NCBI GenBank assembly: GCA_963767005.1
Contig: CAVYCN010000003.1
Coordinates: 192,001 to 256,000, forward strand
From: an uncultured Actinomycetes bacterium
Lineage (GTDB): Bacteria > Actinomycetota > Thermoleophilia > UBA2241
DNA length: 64,000 nucleotides
Reading direction: 5' to 3'
Shown here: in pieces, positions 61,132-64,000 of the stretch
Position numbering within the stretch: the stretch's first letter is position 1
How the letters are laid out: each line of letters starts with the position of its first letter
The notes under the pieces: model-generated
What the model saw: only the letters and a program-made list of their open reading frames with translations
What the model was told of the DNA's origin: nothing
The model's database searches: none
Made by a program: the position numbers and the translations under genes

Positions 61132-62657
61132 CGCTCGACCGCCTCGCCGGTCGGGTCGCCGGGCGGGCCGCCGGAGGCCACGTCCGCCTCGCGTGAGTCG
61201 CGGAACGTCGGCACGGCGTCGAAGCCGAGCGCCCCTTCGATCGCGTGGGCGGCGGCCAGGATGCGGTTCTCGGAGAACGCCGGCCCGATGATCTGGAAGC
61301 CGACCGGCAGATGGCCGGCCAGGCCGCATGGGATCGAGATCGCCGGCAGCCCGGCGAGGTTGACCGGCAGGGTGCAGATGTCGCTCATGTACATGGCGAG
61401 CGGGTCGGCGGTGCGCGTGCCCATGCCGAAGGCGACGGTCGGCGAGGTCGGCGACACGATCAGGTCGACCTGGCCGAAGGCCGTCTCGAAGTCGCGCCGC
61501 ACGAGGGTGCGGACCTTCTGCGCCTGGCCGTAGTAGGCGTCGTAGTAGCCCGACGAGAGCGCGTAGGTGCCGATCATGATGCGGCGCTTGACCTCGGGCC
61601 CGAAGCCCTCGGCTCGCGTGGCCTCGTACATCTCGGTGAGGTCGGCGGCGTGCGGCGAGCGGTAGCCGTAGCGCACGCCGTCGTAGCGCGCGAGGTTCGC
61701 GCTCGCCTCGGCCGGCGCGATGATGTAGTAGGCCGGCAGGGCGTACTCGGTGTGCGGCAGGCTGATCTCGACGCAGGTGCCGCCGAGCTCCTCGATCAGG
61801 GCCACAGTCTGCTCGAAGCGGGCCATGACACCGGGCTCGATGCCGGCCGCGAGGTACTCGGTGGGGATGCCGAAGTGGACGCCGTCGAGACGCTCGGCGG
61901 TGGGCAGCTCGATCGGGTCGGGCAGCGCCACCGAGGTCGAGTCGCACGGGTCGTGCCCGGCGATGCGGCGCAGCAGCATGGCGCAGTCGTAGACGGTGCG
62001 CGTGAGCGGTCCGATCTGGTCGAGCGAGCTCGCGAAGGCCACGAGCCCGTAGCGCGACACCAGACCGTAGGTGGGCTTCATGCCGACGATGCCGCAGAGC
62101 GCCGCGGGCTGGCGGATGGAGCCGCCCGTGTCTGAGCCCAGCGCCCAGAGCGCCTCGCCGGCGGCGACGGCGGCGGCGGAGCCGCCCGAGGAGCCGCCCG
62201 GCACCGTGCCGAGGTCCCAGGGGTTGTGCGTGGCGCCGAAGGCCGAGTTTTCGGTCGACGAGCCCATCGCGAACTCGTCGAGGTTGGACTTGCCCAGCAT
62301 GACGATGTGATCGCCCCAGATGCGGCGCACGGCCGTCGCGGTGTACACGGGCTGGTAGTTGGCCAGGATGCGCGAGCCGCACGTGGTGGTGACGCCCTCG
62401 GTGACCATGTTGTCCTTGATGGCCGTCGGCAGGCCGGCCAGGGCGCCGCGCGTGGCGCCGGCCTCCTGGTCGATCTCGGTCGCGAACTTGGCGGCGTTGT
62501 CGGCGGTGACCAGGATGAAGGCGTGCACGCGACTCTCGACGCGCTCGATCTGGTCGAGGTAGGTCTTGGTGAGCTCCGACGCGGCGAGCTCGCCCTCGAC
62601 GAGCAGGCGCCGCGCCTCGCGCGCCGTCAGGCGCAGCGGGTCGAGGCCGGCGGTCAC
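61128..62657 (-). CDS. gatA: Asp/Glu-tRNA amidotransferase subunit A
   Basis: IKDN, GGSSGGS, SDTGGSIRQP, EVKRRI. Confidence 0.97.
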   Translation of the reverse strand: MTAGLDPLRLTAREARRLLVEGELAASELTKTYLDQIERVESRVHAFILVTADNAAKFATEIDQEAGATRGALAGLPTAIKDNMVTEGVTTTCGSRILANYQPVYTATAVRRIWGDHIVMLGKSNLDEFAMGSSTENSAFGATHNPWDLGTVPGGSSGGSAAAVAAGEALWALGSDTGGSIRQPAALCGIVGMKPTYGLVSRYGLVAFASSLDQIGPLTRTVYDCAMLLRRIAGHDPCDSTSVALPDPIELPTAERLDGVHFGIPTEYLAAGIEPGVMARFEQTVALIEELGGTCVEISLPHTEYALPAYYIIAPAEASANLARYDGVRYGYRSPHAADLTEMYEATRAEGFGPEVKRRIMIGTYALSSGYYDAYYGQAQKVRTLVRRDFETAFGQVDLIVSPTSPTVAFGMGTRTADPLAMYMSDICTLPVNLAGLPAISIPCGLAGHLPVGFQIIGPAFSENRILAAAHAIEGALGFDAVPTFRDSREADVASGGPPGDPTGEAVER

Positions 62658-62938
62658 GACTGCATCCTGGGCACGCGGAAGCAGTCGGCGCTCACCGCCG
62701 GCGCGTTGCGCAGCGCGTCGTCGCGCGAGAGGCCGGGCCGCGGCTTGTCGGACCGCACCACGTCGGTCACGGCGAGCACGTGGGCGGTCGGCTCGACCGC
62801 GGCGAGATCGAGCTCGCCGATCTTGTCGATGTGGTCGAGGATCTTGGCAAGCTCGGCGGTCATGCGCTCGGCCTCGGCCGGCTCGAGCCGCAGACGCGCC
62901 AGGCGGGCGACGTGACGGACGTCGTCTTGCTCGATCAT
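62654..62938 (-). CDS. gatC: Asp/Glu-tRNA amidotransferase subunit C
   Basis: VRHVARLARL, VEPT, NAP, FRVP. Confidence 0.93.
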   Translation of the reverse strand: MIEQDDVRHVARLARLRLEPAEAERMTAELAKILDHIDKIGELDLAAVEPTAHVLAVTDVVRSDKPRPGLSRDDALRNAPAVSADCFRVPRMQS

Positions 62939-63054
62939 GCGTCCTCCTAGCACATCCCCGCGCGGGCGGGCCTGCTATCGTACCAGAAACCGCGGGGGCG
63001 CGAGAGCGCGCGCGCGAGCGGCGGCGGCGCGGCATCGGCTGCCCGGCCCCCGAC

Positions 63055-63092
63055 GAAGAAGCGGCCCCGCCGGACTGGTCCGGCGGGGCCGC
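63055..63092 (-). terminator. Intrinsic terminator after the cold-shock gene
   Basis: 15-bp inverted repeat gcggccccgccggac/gtccggcggggccgc followed by UUCUUC on the minus strand. Confidence 0.75.
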
Positions 63093-63123
63093 GGAGCGGC
63101 GTGGATCTGCGCCGGTACGGCGA

Positions 63124-63327
63124 TCAGCCGACCGGCACGACCTTGGAGGCCTGGAGGCCCTTGTCGCTCTGGGCGATCTCGAACTCGACCGCCTGCCCCT
63201 GGTTCAGGGTCTTGTAGCCGTCGACCTGGATCTCTGAGAAGTGGACGAACAGGTCTTCACCCTCTTCACGTTCGATGAAGCCGTACCCCTTCTCATTGCT
63301 GAACCACTTCACTGTTCCTCGGGCCAA
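63124..63327 (-). CDS. Cold-shock protein
   Basis: GTVKWF, KGYGFI, DLFVHFS; TTG start after AGGAGG. Confidence 0.95.
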   Translation of the reverse strand: MARGTVKWFSNEKGYGFIEREEGEDLFVHFSEIQVDGYKTLNQGQAVEFEIAQSDKGLQASKVVPVG

Positions 63328-63516
63328 CGTGTTCCCTCCTGCTACCGCCGCGGTATGCCGTGCGGCACCCCCCGGGGTCGCCGAATCGACGGCGACCGTT
63401 TCACAACGCGGTCAAACTACACCACCGGGACCGGCGCTGCAAATACATAGGACCATCATCGTACGCCCGCGCTCCGGTCCGAGCGCCACGCAGCCTTCGC
63501 CACACGGCGCCGGCCC

Positions 63517-63534
63517 TTGGCAGAGGCTCTGCTT
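63517..63534 (+). promoter_or_regulatory. Candidate sigma54 (-24/-12) promoter
   Basis: TTGGCAGAGGCTCTGCTT = GG-N10-GC upstream of the aminotransferase. Confidence 0.45.
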
Positions 63535-63728
63535 GAGAGTAAAGTGCTGTCGATCAGGGGGGCCTCTCCTTGGCGTTTGCGGCGGGGTCGCGCCGGCTGG
63601 CCGTCGAGTGCGCGACCCACTCCCGCGGGCCTCGGGCGGGAGAGCGTCTCATCCCCTCGCTCTTCAGGGTCGCGGTGCTCAAAGACGACCGCACCGGCCG
63701 CAACGTGTCAGGCGTGAGGAGAGGGAGG

Positions 63729-64000
63729 ATGGACGAACAGCTGCGCGGCCGCGTTCTGCGCGAATCCCGCAAGGCGCTCGAGCTTATGCAGAAGAGTGAG
63801 CTCAGCACCGACGAGCAGGACGCCGTCATCGCCGACTGCGTCGAGAACTTCAGCCGCTACGTCAACCCCGGCATCCTCGATTACCGCAAGTCGGTCTCGA
63901 CCGACTACACGGCGGTCGAGTGGAGCGACGGCGGGGCGACGTTCAAGGACATCCGCGGCCGCGAGTTCATCGACTGCCTCGGCGGCTTCGGCATCTACAT
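63729..64000 (+). CDS. patA: Putrescine aminotransferase (class III), partial
   Basis: FSRYVNPG.LDYRKSV...AVEW...EFIDCLGGFGI; strong GGAGG SD; runs off the window end. Confidence 0.85.
   Translation, partial: MDEQLRGRVLRESRKALELMQKSELSTDEQDAVIADCVENFSRYVNPGILDYRKSVSTDYTAVEWSDGGATFKDIRGREFIDCLGGFGIY

Overview
Very GC-rich bacterial chromosome segment with about 61 protein genes (two cut by the window edges). Gene content suggests a deep-branching actinobacterium, Thermoleophilia/Rubrobacteria-like (inference): rho with a long N-terminal insert, thyX, 2-PGK/cDPG synthetase, a gltX-cysS-rlmB-yacP-sigH block and many leaderless promoters. The main feature is a complete but dispersed pyrrolysine (22nd amino acid) system: pylSc (44048-44911,+), pylSn (48092-48433,-), tRNA-Pyl with CUA anticodon (50986-51058,-) and pylBCD (51102-54370,-). 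Two orphan methyltransferase corrinoid proteins are present, but no recognisable Pyl-containing methyltransferase lies in the window. TAG remains a very common stop (26 of 59 complete genes by my count, including pylSc, pylSn and pylC), which points to conditional or ambiguous amber decoding. pylC and pylD are in frame across a single TAG, and pylB is preceded by a coupled leader ORF. Other items: a cDPG operon with a candidate hydrolase, a SulP-STAS-DUF47 fusion, a ~210-nt structured RNA candidate, a sigma54-type promoter, and no prfA next to rho-rpmE. All calls come from motif recognition by eye; no searches were run.
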